Virus record (IMG/VR): IMGVR_UViG_3300023178_000006
Source of the DNA: a virus
Taxonomy: Duplodnaviria; Caudoviricetes
Reading direction: 5' to 3' (one strand)
Length of the DNA: 64,000 bases
Shown here: piece after piece, positions 36,108 through 46,228 of the stretch
How positions within the stretch are numbered: position 1 is the stretch's first letter
Layout: each line of letters opens with the position of its first letter
Position numbers and translations under genes: made by a program
Notes under the pieces: model-generated
Seen by the model: only the letters and a program-made list of their open reading frames with translations
What the model was told of the DNA's origin: nothing
The model's database searches: none

Positions 36108-36602
36108 ATGGCAAAGAAAAGAAACTATGTCAATAACAAGGACTTATTACAAGCCTTAATTGATTATAGGGACGCTGTGAAAGAAGCGGAAGATTCTGGT
36201 GAGCCAACACCTCAAGTTCCCGAGTACATAGGTAAGTGTATCTTGTTAATATCAACGAGACTCGCAACTAAACCAAACTTCTCAGGATACTCATACAAAG
36301 AAGAGATGATTTCAGATGGAATTGAAAATTGTCTGCAGTACTTGCACAACTTCAATCCAGATAAATCTCAAAACCCATTCGCTTATTTTACGCAAATCAT
36401 TTGGTACGCATTCTTAAGACGTATTCAAAAAGAGAAAAAGCAAACTTACATCAAATTTAAAGCATCACAAAATATGTTAACTCAGGCGATTATCAATGAT
36501 AGTTCTGACCAGAACATTCAAATGCAAGAACCACCTGAATATATTAGTGAGTTTATTGATGACTTCGAAAACAAGTTAAACAAAAATAAAAAAGGAAAAT
36601 AA
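36108..36602 (+). CDS. gp55: Late sigma factor (T4 gp55)
   Basis: NYVNNKDL, YIG.C...I...L..KPNFSGYSYKEEMISDGIENC, SQNPFAYFTQI. Confidence 0.96.
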   Translation: MAKKRNYVNNKDLLQALIDYRDAVKEAEDSGEPTPQVPEYIGKCILLISTRLATKPNFSGYSYKEEMISDGIENCLQYLHNFNPDKSQNPFAYFTQIIWYAFLRRIQKEKKQTYIKFKASQNMLTQAIINDSSDQNIQMQEPPEYISEFIDDFENKLNKNKKGK

Positions 36603-37031
36603 ATGAAAGTATTAGTCTTTGGACTTCCGGGTTCAGGCAAAAGTACGTTATCAGAACCACTCGCTGAGTTGGTTGAAGGTGTCTGGTTAAATGCAGACGC
36701 AGTAAGAGAAGAATATGATGATTGGGACTTCAGTGATGAAGGTCGTATGAGACAAGCAATGAGAATGAAATATCTTTCGGATGGTGTCTCTAAAGCGGGG
36801 AAGATTGCGATTACAGATTTCGTTTGTCCGTTCCAAAAAGCACGTGACGAGTTTAAACCAGATTATACAATTTGGATGAACACAATCAAAGAGGGAAGGT
36901 TTGAAGATACAAATAAAATTTTCGAAAATCCTGAAGAAGCCGATTATATCGTTGATGCATTTAGACCTCAAGAAGAATTGAAGTTAGAACCAATCTTAGA
37001 AAGGGCATTTAGAAAATGGCAAGCTCAGTAA
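36603..37031 (+). CDS. Adenylyl-sulfate kinase-like P-loop kinase
   Basis: GLPGSGKST, LNADAVR, DFSDEGR, FVCPF, FENP..AD. Confidence 0.7.
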   Translation: MKVLVFGLPGSGKSTLSEPLAELVEGVWLNADAVREEYDDWDFSDEGRMRQAMRMKYLSDGVSKAGKIAITDFVCPFQKARDEFKPDYTIWMNTIKEGRFEDTNKIFENPEEADYIVDAFRPQEELKLEPILERAFRKWQAQ

Positions 37032-37237
37032 GTGCTAAAAGACATATTGCGAAAACACTCACGTGGAGAGTATTAGCAACCACTGATACTTTTCTTATCG
37101 CATGGTTAATTACAGGTCAATGGGATTGGGCAGCAGGGATTGCATCAATCGAAGTTGCAACCAAAATGATTCTGTATTATTGGCATGAGAGAGTTTGGTA
37201 TAAACATATAAACTATGGAGTAGAAAGGAATGATTAG
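37016..37237 (+). CDS. DUF2061-like membrane protein
   Basis: RHIAKTLTWRVLATTDT...KMILYYWHERVW. Confidence 0.8.
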   Translation: MASSVSAKRHIAKTLTWRVLATTDTFLIAWLITGQWDWAAGIASIEVATKMILYYWHERVWYKHINYGVERND

Positions 37238-37655
37238 TCCAGAAGAAGCATTCGATTATAAGAAACCAACAGTTCAAATGTTGGGTAGATGGCAGCCTTG
37301 GCACGACGGTCATACACAATTATTCAAAAAAGCCTTGACAATCACGGGACAAGTTGTTATAATGGTACGTGACGTTTTCAATTATGATGGAGATGCGGGT
37401 GCAGGACGCACAGTAACTCAAGATGATAATCCATTTGGAATGGTACAAGTCATACATGATATTGAAAAAGGATTAGCAGAACACGGTTACTTGAATGGTC
37501 GTGAGTATTTAATATTGGAAGTACCTAACATCGTCGATATATCGTATGGACGAGGAGTTGGTTACACATTTACAGAGCATGATTTAGGAGAAGAAGTACA
37601 TAATATTTCTGCGACAAAGATTAGAGCTCAAATGAGAGAAGAAGGTAAATTATGA
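37230..37655 (+). CDS. HIGH-family nucleotidyltransferase
   Basis: GRWQPWHDGH, DNPF, ISATKIR. Confidence 0.8.
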   Translation: MISPEEAFDYKKPTVQMLGRWQPWHDGHTQLFKKALTITGQVVIMVRDVFNYDGDAGAGRTVTQDDNPFGMVQVIHDIEKGLAEHGYLNGREYLILEVPNIVDISYGRGVGYTFTEHDLGEEVHNISATKIRAQMREEGKL

Positions 37656-38254
37656 AGTTAGTATATTTTCCAGACCCAATTTTGGCGAAGGAACTTGAGG
37701 AAGTCAATCTTGAGAATCCAGGATTTGATGCAGTTCAATTAAAGAAAGATATGGTCGAACTTATGATAAGCAAAAAGGGTTTAGGACTCAGTGCTTGTCA
37801 AGTTGGTTTAGACTATAAACTATTTGTTATGGGAGAAGATGCTGAGACCGCGATTATGGTAATCAATCCAGAAATCGTATCAGTCAGCGAAGAACAAGTC
37901 AACGAAGTTGAAGGATGTTTAAGTTTCCCAGATGTATTCATGCAAATTAAAAGACCATCATTCGTAATCGCAAAATGGTTTGACGAAAATATGCAAGAAC
38001 AAACAGGTAAGATTGAAGGTTATGGAGCGAGATGTTTCCTACATGAATATGAACACCTTCAAGGAATTACCTTTAATAAAGTCGTATCTCGTGTAAAGTA
38101 TGAAAGAGCACTTAAAAAGAAAAGTAAGATTGTGAAACAAAGAGGGATGTTAGCTAAGTATCTTTCTATGATGAAACAAACTGAAGACCATAGTGTAAAA
38201 GTTGAAAAGGCTGATGAAGACGTCACGTTAGATTTAAACACAGCCAAGGAGTAG
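37652..38254 (+). CDS. def: Peptide deformylase
   Basis: GLGLSACQVG, EGCLS, HEYEHLQG. Confidence 0.92.
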   Translation: MKLVYFPDPILAKELEEVNLENPGFDAVQLKKDMVELMISKKGLGLSACQVGLDYKLFVMGEDAETAIMVINPEIVSVSEEQVNEVEGCLSFPDVFMQIKRPSFVIAKWFDENMQEQTGKIEGYGARCFLHEYEHLQGITFNKVVSRVKYERALKKKSKIVKQRGMLAKYLSMMKQTEDHSVKVEKADEDVTLDLNTAKE

Positions 38255-38255
38255 T

Positions 38256-39317
38256 ATGAAAATTGCAATCGTCACCGACATTCATATCGGTGCAAGAGGA
38301 GATAGTCGTGTTTTCCACGAAGTTCAAAGAAAGTTTTTCCAAGAAGTATTTTTTCCATACTTGGACGAACATGGTATTACTACCGTATTTGATTTGGGCG
38401 ATACTTTTGATAGGCGTAAATATATTAACTATGTGAGTCTACAAAAGGGTAAGGAATTCTTATTTGACGAGTTAGCAAAAAGAAACATTGATTTCCACGC
38501 TTTAATTGGAAATCACGATACGTATTATAGTAATATGAACGATGTTAACAGCATGAACCTATTACTTAAAGAGTATCCACAATTTACATTATACCAAGAT
38601 GATGCAGAACATCTTACATTAGGTTCAACTAAGTTTTGTATGCTTCCTTGGATTACAAAAGAAAATGCTGAACGTAATCTTAAATTCGTAGAAGAATCCG
38701 ATGCTCATATTCTTATGGGTCACTTAGAAGTAAAAGGTTTCGAAATGATGAGAGGTGCTTTATGTACTCACGGTTTAGATATGAATGTGTTTAAACATTT
38801 TGAGTCTGCATACTCAGGTCACTTCCATCACCCATCACGTTATGGTAATGTAGAATACCTTGGTTCACCTTATGAAATGACTTGGTCTGATTATGGTGGT
38901 AGTAGAGGATTCCACGTTTTCGATACTGAAACTCGTGAGATGATTAAGATTGAGAATCCTAATCGTGTATTCTTCAAAATCGATTATGATGATGAAGAAT
39001 GGACAGTCGACGATGTCGCAAACTTCGATGTAGATAGATATAAAGACACCTATGTAAAAGTCATTATTAAGAATCGTACGAACGCTTACCTGTACGATAT
39101 GTTTATGAATAGGTTAAGTGAATGTGGTGCAGTTGATGTAAAAGCAATTGACGATAACTTAAACCTCGAAACAATTGGTGATGATGAAATACTTGATGAA
39201 ACAAAAGACACTGCCGAACTCCTTTCGGATTATATCGAATCTATCGATACTCAAGTTGACAAGGGTAAAGTAAAACGTGTAATAGATGATTTATATCATG
39301 AGGCGATGAATTTATAA
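38256..39317 (+). CDS. gp47: Recombination endonuclease, SbcD/Mre11-like (gp47)
   Basis: TDIHIG, LGDTFD, GNHD, GHLE, SGHFH, YLGSPY. Confidence 0.95.
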   Translation: MKIAIVTDIHIGARGDSRVFHEVQRKFFQEVFFPYLDEHGITTVFDLGDTFDRRKYINYVSLQKGKEFLFDELAKRNIDFHALIGNHDTYYSNMNDVNSMNLLLKEYPQFTLYQDDAEHLTLGSTKFCMLPWITKENAERNLKFVEESDAHILMGHLEVKGFEMMRGALCTHGLDMNVFKHFESAYSGHFHHPSRYGNVEYLGSPYEMTWSDYGGSRGFHVFDTETREMIKIENPNRVFFKIDYDDEEWTVDDVANFDVDRYKDTYVKVIIKNRTNAYLYDMFMNRLSECGAVDVKAIDDNLNLETIGDDEILDETKDTAELLSDYIESIDTQVDKGKVKRVIDDLYHEAMNL

Positions 39318-41029
39318 TGAGAATAAACTTTAAGAAAGTAAAATACAAAAACATATTATCAACAGGAAATACATTTACTGAAATCGATTTAGGTGATAAG
39401 CCTACCACATTGATTAGTGGTTCAAACGGTTCTGGTAAAAGTACATTACTCGACGCAATCACGTTTGGTCTATATGGTAAACCTTTTCGTAAAGTAAACA
39501 AAGCTCAGCTCATTAACTCTATCAATCAGAAAGGTATGTTGGTTGAGATTTACTTTACTGCAGGTGGAAATAACTTTATGGTTAAGCGTGGTATGAAACC
39601 TAACATCTTTGAGATTTATAAAGATGGTGTGATGATTAACCAGGATGCGGCCAAGAGAGATTACCAAGAACACTTGGAGAGTAATATCCTAGGGATTAAT
39701 TATAAATCCTTTAATCAGATTGTCGTGCTTGGAAGTGCAACGTATGTTCCCTTTATGGAATTACCCGCTCAACAACGTAGAGAAATCATCGAAGATTTAC
39801 TTGACATTCAAGTCTTTAGTACAATGGGCCTATTAGCAAAAGACCAAATGAATTCAAATAAAAACGATATCAATGAGAACCAATACAAATCAGAAGTTGC
39901 TGAAAGTAATATAGCACTCGTAAAAGAAAATAACGATGCTATTCGTAAGATTAAAGAAGTAGAAGTCGATAAGATTAAAGAGAAGATGGTTGTACATATT
40001 GATGCTGTCGAAGAAAAGAATAAAATCATCGATGCTCAAGATGAAATTATCAAAACTCTTTATGATGATATATCAGACAAACCCGACGAGAAACAAAAAT
40101 TCCAAGATGCTACTGACAAGAGAACAGAACTTGAACGTGATAGGTTAGCATTAGAAAAAGAATTATCTTTCTACGAACATAATGATGATTGCCCTACATG
40201 TAAACAGGGTATTGCTCACGATTTTAAAGAAGAAATTACCACGAATCGAAATACACAAAAAGTTGAGATTGAAAAAGGTTTAGTTGATATTGCTGACGTT
40301 ATTAAAACACATCAAGACAGACTGAACTCAATCTCAAAAATAGAAGAACAAATCCAACAAGTAAACTTTAAAATCTCAGAATATAGAGCTGAGATTAAGA
40401 TGTCTAAGAACGCTCTAAAGTCTATGAAGACTGAATTAGAAAATGCTGAACGTGAAGTTGAAGAGGTCGACATTACATCTCTACAAAAACATGAATCAAA
40501 ACTTGAAAAGCTCGTAGAACAACGTAAAGAATTATTAGACCATCATGAAGTATTAGGAATTGTAAGAACAATTCTACAAGACGGTGGAATCAAAGCGAGA
40601 ATCATCAGTCAATATATTCCTGTTATGAATAAACTTATCAATAAGTATTTAGCAGCATTTGACTTATTCGTTGATTTCCAACTAGACGAAAACTTTAATG
40701 AAGTGATACGCTCAAGATTCAGAGATAAATTTACCTATGCATCTTTTAGTGAAGGTGAAAAATTACGTATCACTCTATCAATTATGTTAGCATGGAGAAG
40801 TGTTGCTAAACTACGTAACTCAGTATCCACTAACTTATTAATACTCGATGAAACATTAGATGGTGCACTCGATGGTGTAGGTATCGAAAGTTTGATTGAG
40901 ACACTACACAGTCTAAACAGTGACGATAACATATTTGTTATCTCTCATCGTGGAGACCAGTTTGCAGATAAATTTGACACATCTCTCAAGTTCGATAAGA
41001 TTAAAAACTTTAGTGAACTTGCTGCATAA
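39317..41029 (+). CDS. gp46: Recombination ATPase, SbcC/Rad50-like (gp46)
   Basis: GSNGSGKS, CPTC hook, FSEGEK, LILDE, ISHR. Confidence 0.95.
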   Translation: MRINFKKVKYKNILSTGNTFTEIDLGDKPTTLISGSNGSGKSTLLDAITFGLYGKPFRKVNKAQLINSINQKGMLVEIYFTAGGNNFMVKRGMKPNIFEIYKDGVMINQDAAKRDYQEHLESNILGINYKSFNQIVVLGSATYVPFMELPAQQRREIIEDLLDIQVFSTMGLLAKDQMNSNKNDINENQYKSEVAESNIALVKENNDAIRKIKEVEVDKIKEKMVVHIDAVEEKNKIIDAQDEIIKTLYDDISDKPDEKQKFQDATDKRTELERDRLALEKELSFYEHNDDCPTCKQGIAHDFKEEITTNRNTQKVEIEKGLVDIADVIKTHQDRLNSISKIEEQIQQVNFKISEYRAEIKMSKNALKSMKTELENAEREVEEVDITSLQKHESKLEKLVEQRKELLDHHEVLGIVRTILQDGGIKARIISQYIPVMNKLINKYLAAFDLFVDFQLDENFNEVIRSRFRDKFTYASFSEGEKLRITLSIMLAWRSVAKLRNSVSTNLLILDETLDGALDGVGIESLIETLHSLNSDDNIFVISHRGDQFADKFDTSLKFDKIKNFSELAA

Positions 41030-41034
41030 AGTAG

Positions 41035-41063
41035 TTGACATTTCACGGTACCTGTGTTATAAT
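41035..41063 (+). promoter_or_regulatory. Sigma70-type promoter (gp43)
   Basis: TTGACA-17-TATAAT. Confidence 0.8.
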
Positions 41064-41086
41064 GGTACCTCTAACAAAAGTAGATT

Positions 41087-43633
41087 ATGACAATGACTTC
41101 ATTTTACACTTCCGTAGAACGCTACGGTAAGAATATTTTATGGCGAGGATATGAGAACGGTAAACGTTTCTCGTATCGTGTTCCATTTAAACCCACACTA
41201 TATCTTCATACACCAAAGAAAGGTGGTGACTTCAAGTCGTTGATTGGTGGTAAAAGTCTACATCCTCAAAAGTTTGGTGAAATGCGTGAAGCTAAAAACT
41301 TTATTGAAGAGTATAAAGGTGTCGCTGGTTTCGAAGTATTTGGTTCAACAAACTTCGTTACACAATTCATTCAAGAACATTACCCAGAAGAAGTAAGATT
41401 TAATATTGCTGATGTGAACATCGTATCTTTCGATATTGAGGTTGACATTCGTGATGGATTCGCAGATATTGAACAAGCAAATAATGAAATTACTTCTATC
41501 GCATATAAATCATCAAAGTCTAAAAAGTACTTCCTACTTGGTCGTAAAGATTATGATAAAACAAAAACGATAACTGGTATTGACCCAGATAATATCGTAT
41601 TCGCAAAATTCGATACTGAAGCTCAATTGCTCCAAGGATTTATTAAACTATGGACTGCTGACTATCCAGATATTGTAACCGGTTGGAACGTAGAATACTT
41701 TGATATACAATACATCGTAACACGTATTATAAGACTACTTGGTGAAGAATCCGCAAAGAAACTTTCTCCTTGGAAATCGATTGACCAAAAACGTAGAGAG
41801 GTATTCGGTAAAGTTCAAGCAACATACAAAATTTCTGGTATGTCTGTTATTGACTATATGGATGCGTTTAAAAAGTTTGGTTATAAGTATGGTCCACAAG
41901 AATCATATAAACTTGACCACATCGCTCATGTTATTCTTGGTGAAAAGAAACTTGATTATTCTGAATACGGTTCATTGACTGCTTTATATGACGAAAACCC
42001 ACAACTCTATCTCGACTATAACTTAAAAGATACACACCTCATTCAAAGAATGGAAGAAGAAACATCTCTTCTCGCGTTGGTAATGACTGTTGCTTATGGT
42101 GGTGGTGTAAACTATAATGATGCATTTGGTACTGTGGGTATTTGGGAATCTACAATTTATCGTAGACTCATTGCTGACAAAGTTGTTCCTCCAGTTAAAG
42201 ATTCGCCTGGTCAACGTATGGGTGAACTCGTTGGTGGTTACGTAAAAGACCCAAAACCAGGAATGTATCCTTGGGTTGTATCATTTGACTTAAACTCTCT
42301 GTATCCTCATTTAATGTTGCAATACAATATGTCACCTGAAACATATCTTCCTAATGAACGTGAAGTTGTAACACAAGACATGGTACTCAATAGTGAGTTT
42401 AAAAATACGAATACAAATATGTCGGTTGCTGCAAATGGTGTTTGTTTTAGAAACGATGAAGTTGGTATTATTCCAAGTATCATTGACGAATACTATAATA
42501 ATCGTTCTGTGATTAAGAAACAAATGATTGCAGTTGAACAACAATTCGAAGTTGAAACTGACCCTGTTGAAAAGAAAAGACTGAAACGAGAAATGAATCA
42601 ACTTCATAATTCTCAAATGTCAATCAAAATTGCTATGAACTCTCTTTATGGTGCGACAGCAAATATCTACTTCTTATACTATATTAACGAAATGGCTGAA
42701 GCAATCACTACATCTGGTCAGTTAAGTATTCGATATGCTCAAAAATCTGTAAATGATTATCTCAACAAGATACTCAACACGAAAGATAAAGATTATATCG
42801 TATACATTGATACTGATTCAATTTACGTAAACTTTGGTCCATTCATCAAAGAAGTATTCGGTACAGTAGACATTGACCGTAAGCAAGGTGAAGAATTCTT
42901 AGATAAAGTATGTTCTACTAAAATCGAACAAATCATCGAACAAGGATATGAAAAACTTGCAAATGACATGGGTGCATATCGAAACGCGATGGTTATGAAA
43001 CGTGAAAAGATTACTGACCGTTCAATCTTTATCGCAAAGAAAAGATATATCCTTAATGCTTTGAATAGTGAAGGTGTTCACTATGAAGAACCAAAAGTTT
43101 CTGTTACTGGTTTAGAATCAGTTCGCTCATCGACACCTGAAATATGTCGTGAAAAGATGAAACAAATCTTTAAGGTTATCTTGTCTGGTGATGAAACAGA
43201 AACACAACAATTTATTGCGAAGTTCCGTGATGAATTTCGTAGCTTACCTCCCGAAGATATTGCTAAAACTTCGGGCACAGACAATATCAATAAATACATG
43301 AGTAAGGAAACTCTATATAGAAAAGGATGTCCAATGCATGTTCGTGGTTGTATTCTCTACAATCACTTCCTTACACAGAAAAAACTCGATAAGAAATACG
43401 AAAAGGTTCAATCAGGTGACAAGATAAAATTCATTTATCTTAAAGTGCCTAATCCTATTCGTGAAAATATGATATCGTTCCCCGGTGTACTTCCTAAAGA
43501 ATTAGGACTCGACAAGTATATTGATTATGATACTCAATTCGATAAAGTGTTCTTAGGACCAGTCGAAAACATTATTGAACCTCTGGGTTGGAAATCCGAA
43601 AAAGTAAATACAATTGAGGACTTTTTTACATGA
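41087..43633 (+). CDS. gp43: Family B DNA polymerase (T4 gp43)
   Basis: FDIE exo I, GWNVEYFD, SFDLNSLYPH, KIAMNSLYG, YIDTDS, KKRY; no intein. Confidence 0.97.
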   Translation: MTMTSFYTSVERYGKNILWRGYENGKRFSYRVPFKPTLYLHTPKKGGDFKSLIGGKSLHPQKFGEMREAKNFIEEYKGVAGFEVFGSTNFVTQFIQEHYPEEVRFNIADVNIVSFDIEVDIRDGFADIEQANNEITSIAYKSSKSKKYFLLGRKDYDKTKTITGIDPDNIVFAKFDTEAQLLQGFIKLWTADYPDIVTGWNVEYFDIQYIVTRIIRLLGEESAKKLSPWKSIDQKRREVFGKVQATYKISGMSVIDYMDAFKKFGYKYGPQESYKLDHIAHVILGEKKLDYSEYGSLTALYDENPQLYLDYNLKDTHLIQRMEEETSLLALVMTVAYGGGVNYNDAFGTVGIWESTIYRRLIADKVVPPVKDSPGQRMGELVGGYVKDPKPGMYPWVVSFDLNSLYPHLMLQYNMSPETYLPNEREVVTQDMVLNSEFKNTNTNMSVAANGVCFRNDEVGIIPSIIDEYYNNRSVIKKQMIAVEQQFEVETDPVEKKRLKREMNQLHNSQMSIKIAMNSLYGATANIYFLYYINEMAEAITTSGQLSIRYAQKSVNDYLNKILNTKDKDYIVYIDTDSIYVNFGPFIKEVFGTVDIDRKQGEEFLDKVCSTKIEQIIEQGYEKLANDMGAYRNAMVMKREKITDRSIFIAKKRYILNALNSEGVHYEEPKVSVTGLESVRSSTPEICREKMKQIFKVILSGDETETQQFIAKFRDEFRSLPPEDIAKTSGTDNINKYMSKETLYRKGCPMHVRGCILYNHFLTQKKLDKKYEKVQSGDKIKFIYLKVPNPIRENMISFPGVLPKELGLDKYIDYDTQFDKVFLGPVENIIEPLGWKSEKVNTIEDFFT

Positions 43634-44382
43634 AAATATGTGTAGTCACAAACTTTAGAACTGGAAGTACCAGTTTTACGTTATTAAAAGCAGACGAATA
43701 TAATGCACCTTATAAAGGTGAAATGTTTACGTTCTATCCAAGACCTTATGGACTAGGTGCAGCAAAAGCACAATGGCAAATCGTAAATTACTTTGAAGAT
43801 TGTACAGACGAAGAAAAGACACGCTTACAATCAACAGAATTATTTGTTAATCAACTTGAGCAAGGACACTCATGTTGTTTTAAACTTATGCCTGGTCAAT
43901 TAGTCGATGAAGAACTCAGAGATAGAATGTTTAAATCAATGGATAAGATTTATTATCTTTATCGTGAAGATTTTGCAGCTCAAGCTAAGAGTTGGATTGC
44001 GGTAAGACAACAAGACCATTTGGATTTTGCGAGAACAGGATTCGTAAGAGATGAATGGTTAGAAAGACAATATTTAGAAAAAGCAGCAGAAAGACAAAAG
44101 GTACTTCACCTAGGAACACTAGGTAAAGGTGAAACTGTTCGACATCATATCGATTTTGGTCAAAGACCAGCAGCAGGACCAAATGAAACTGAAAAGCGCT
44201 TAATTAATCAATTAATAGAAGGATACGAATGGATGGGTGAAATGTATAAAAAGTATCCTGGTGAACTTGTAAGAATGGAAGATTATTTTACTGACGAAAA
44301 GTATAATCCTTATAATAGGGAAATCACTTGGGCAGTAGAACCAGAAATTCCAGATTTTATCCCAAGTAAATGTTTTGAATAA
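43630..44382 (+). CDS. Stf0-like sulfotransferase
   Basis: NFRTGSTS (5'-PSB-like) and LYREDFAAQAKSW (R-x-D...QAxS). Confidence 0.55.
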   Translation: MKICVVTNFRTGSTSFTLLKADEYNAPYKGEMFTFYPRPYGLGAAKAQWQIVNYFEDCTDEEKTRLQSTELFVNQLEQGHSCCFKLMPGQLVDEELRDRMFKSMDKIYYLYREDFAAQAKSWIAVRQQDHLDFARTGFVRDEWLERQYLEKAAERQKVLHLGTLGKGETVRHHIDFGQRPAAGPNETEKRLINQLIEGYEWMGEMYKKYPGELVRMEDYFTDEKYNPYNREITWAVEPEIPDFIPSKCFE

Positions 44383-44387
44383 AACAG

Positions 44388-44416
44388 TTGACAAATGCGC
44401 TATTATGTGTTATAAT
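44388..44416 (+). promoter_or_regulatory. Sigma70-type promoter
   Basis: AAAACAG-TTGACA-17-TATAAT. Confidence 0.8.
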
Positions 44417-44439
44417 AGCCAAAATTTAAGGAGAACACT

Positions 44440-44727
44440 ATGAGTGATATCAATATCGTAAGATTATCAACAGGTGAAGAAGTAGTAGCTAAAGTTTCAT
44501 ATGATAAAGGATTCTATACTTTAACAGATGCAATTCTATTAGTTCCTGCAGGTGAAGGAAAAATTGGAATGGTTCCATTTGTACCTTACGCTAAAAGAGG
44601 TCCAGTTGTAATCGGAGAAGCTCACGTAATGTTTATGGTTGAACCTTCAGATGAACTTAAGAAACAAGTTGTCGAAGTCACCAGTGGAATCGCATTACCA
44701 GGCAATTCAGGATTAAAATTAGTATAG
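44440..44727 (+). CDS. Conserved T4-like small beta-barrel protein
   Basis: IVRLSTGEEVVA...PFVPY; AAGGAG RBS. Confidence 0.65.
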   Translation: MSDINIVRLSTGEEVVAKVSYDKGFYTLTDAILLVPAGEGKIGMVPFVPYAKRGPVVIGEAHVMFMVEPSDELKKQVVEVTSGIALPGNSGLKLV

Positions 44728-44735
44728 GAGAAACT

Positions 44736-44951
44736 ATGGTAGTAATATATGGCAAAGAACAGTGTGCCTATTGTACGATGGCAAAAAATCTTTGTGAACA
44801 GAAAGGGTTGGAGTACCAATACAAAATGTTAAATGAAGATTATACTCCACCAGAATTTTTTGACTTATTCCCAGGTGCTAGAACATTCCCTCAAATTGTT
44901 GTTGATGGAAAGCACGTTGGTGGATTCAACGAACTAAAGGAAAGTTTATAA
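44736..44951 (+). CDS. Glutaredoxin
   Basis: CAYC, RTFPQI, VGGF. Confidence 0.92.
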   Translation: MVVIYGKEQCAYCTMAKNLCEQKGLEYQYKMLNEDYTPPEFFDLFPGARTFPQIVVDGKHVGGFNELKESL

Positions 44952-45259
44952 TGAAATATTTAATTGTAATTGCAGCATTACTTATCTCTAATACAGCTAA
45001 TGCTGAAGATAGATTTGCACCTATTCGTTCAACAATGAATACTTGTGCAGCTTGCCACGGACCTCAGGGTCAAGGTGGAATCGGTCCTAAATTACAAGGA
45101 CAATCTGCTGATGAAATCATTTCAAAATTATTAGCATATAAAAATAAAGAAGTTGTAGGACCACAATCTGCAATGATGTGGCCGACAGCAGGTATGCTAT
45201 CTGAAGGTGATATTGGTATGATTGGTGTTTATATTGCACAAGGATATCCAAATGAGTAG
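44951..45259 (+). CDS. Class I cytochrome c (c553/c4-like) with signal peptide
   Basis: Signal MKYLIVIAALLISNTANA; CAACH heme motif; GPKLQGQ; GPQSAMM (axial Met). Confidence 0.88.
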   Translation: MKYLIVIAALLISNTANAEDRFAPIRSTMNTCAACHGPQGQGGIGPKLQGQSADEIISKLLAYKNKEVVGPQSAMMWPTAGMLSEGDIGMIGVYIAQGYPNE

Positions 45260-45683
45260 AAACTGGGTAGAAGACATTCACAACATGCAAACGAAATATA
45301 AAACTCGTGAATGGGTTTGGGATAATCGTGATGATGTTGAGAAGCTTAAAAAGTTTTTAGAATTTAGAATTAATTTTCTTGAGGAAGAACTAACTGAAAC
45401 GAAGAAAGCGTTTAAGGAAGGAGACCCTGAAGAAATAGTCGATGGATTAATCGACCTATGTGTTGTTGCCATAGGAACACTTGATGCTTATGGCGTTAAT
45501 CCACATGAAGCATGGGATAGAGTTCTCAATGCTAATATGGCAAAAGAAGTTGGTGTGAAAGAATCTAGACCTAATCCCTTAGGTGTTCCAGATTTAGTAA
45601 AACCTGAAGGTTGGGAAGCTCCTAATCACGAAGGTAACCACGGCCTCTTCTTAAAGAATTTATTTAATGGGAGAATAGAATGA
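45252..45683 (+). CDS. All-alpha NTP pyrophosphatase (MazG/dCTPase-dUTPase-like)
   Basis: EEELTE...EEIVDGLIDL...VLNANMAK...DLVKPEGW..P. Confidence 0.8.
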   Translation: MSRNWVEDIHNMQTKYKTREWVWDNRDDVEKLKKFLEFRINFLEEELTETKKAFKEGDPEEIVDGLIDLCVVAIGTLDAYGVNPHEAWDRVLNANMAKEVGVKESRPNPLGVPDLVKPEGWEAPNHEGNHGLFLKNLFNGRIE

Positions 45684-45904
45684 AAGAGCCAATCGTAAAC
45701 GCTCTAGTAGCGAAATATAAAGCTCAAATTGCAGAGCATAAAGTAAATATTGATGTATTGTTAGAAAAACAAGTGGGTGTCGCAGAACATCCTGGTATTA
45801 TCGAAACAATCGATTTAGAAGTTACAAAACTTGCTGAAGCTGAAGATAAACTTTACATCGTTGAAAACAATTTCGTTATTAAACCACAACCAAGACTTCC
45901 GTAA
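45680..45904 (+). CDS. Conserved T4-like hypothetical protein
   Basis: L..KY..QI..H..NI.V.L...VGVAEHP...E.ID. Confidence 0.65.
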   Translation: MKEPIVNALVAKYKAQIAEHKVNIDVLLEKQVGVAEHPGIIETIDLEVTKLAEAEDKLYIVENNFVIKPQPRLP

Positions 45905-45931
45905 AAAGTTGCACTTTTTTCACAAAAACAG

Positions 45932-45960
45932 TTGACATTTACGAAAAACTATAGTATAAT
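45932..45960 (+). promoter_or_regulatory. Sigma70-type promoter with UP element; predicted TSS ~45967
   Basis: GCACTTTTTTCACAAAAACAG-TTGACA-17-TATAAT. Confidence 0.85.
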
Positions 45961-45966
45961 ATACTA

Positions 45967-46205
45967 GATTGTTGGGAATAGGCTATGACGGCGAGACGAA
46001 AGTTTAGGACCCACGACGGTAACGAACCAACAATCACCTTGGTAGAGGGAATACTGCTCCTAATATGGAACCCCTGAAACACCAACAGATATACCAAGCG
46101 ACGAAAGTTTCGAGGTATATCAACCGAGTGAAAGTAAGGAACACCAAAACGGACAACCTCTGCCGAGACCTATATGTGACCTAGTTGATGGTCATTGAAC
46201 TAACT
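45967..46205 (+). ncRNA. Candidate multi-stem structured RNA / 5' leader
   Basis: Stems 45967-75/46027-35 (9 bp perfect), 46038-48/46157-67 (11 bp, 2 GU), 46088-95/46114-21 (8 bp), 46177-81/46190-94; several GAAA/GUAA loops; GACGAAAGTTT twice. Confidence 0.6.
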
Positions 46206-46228
46206 TATAAATCGGAGTAGAAACGATT

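Noticed and set aside
45967-46228. Group I/II intron, riboswitch or retron reading of the structured region
   Set aside because: It interrupts no exon, I found no recognisable core motif, and there is no reverse transcriptase in the window. Kept as an unassigned RNA.
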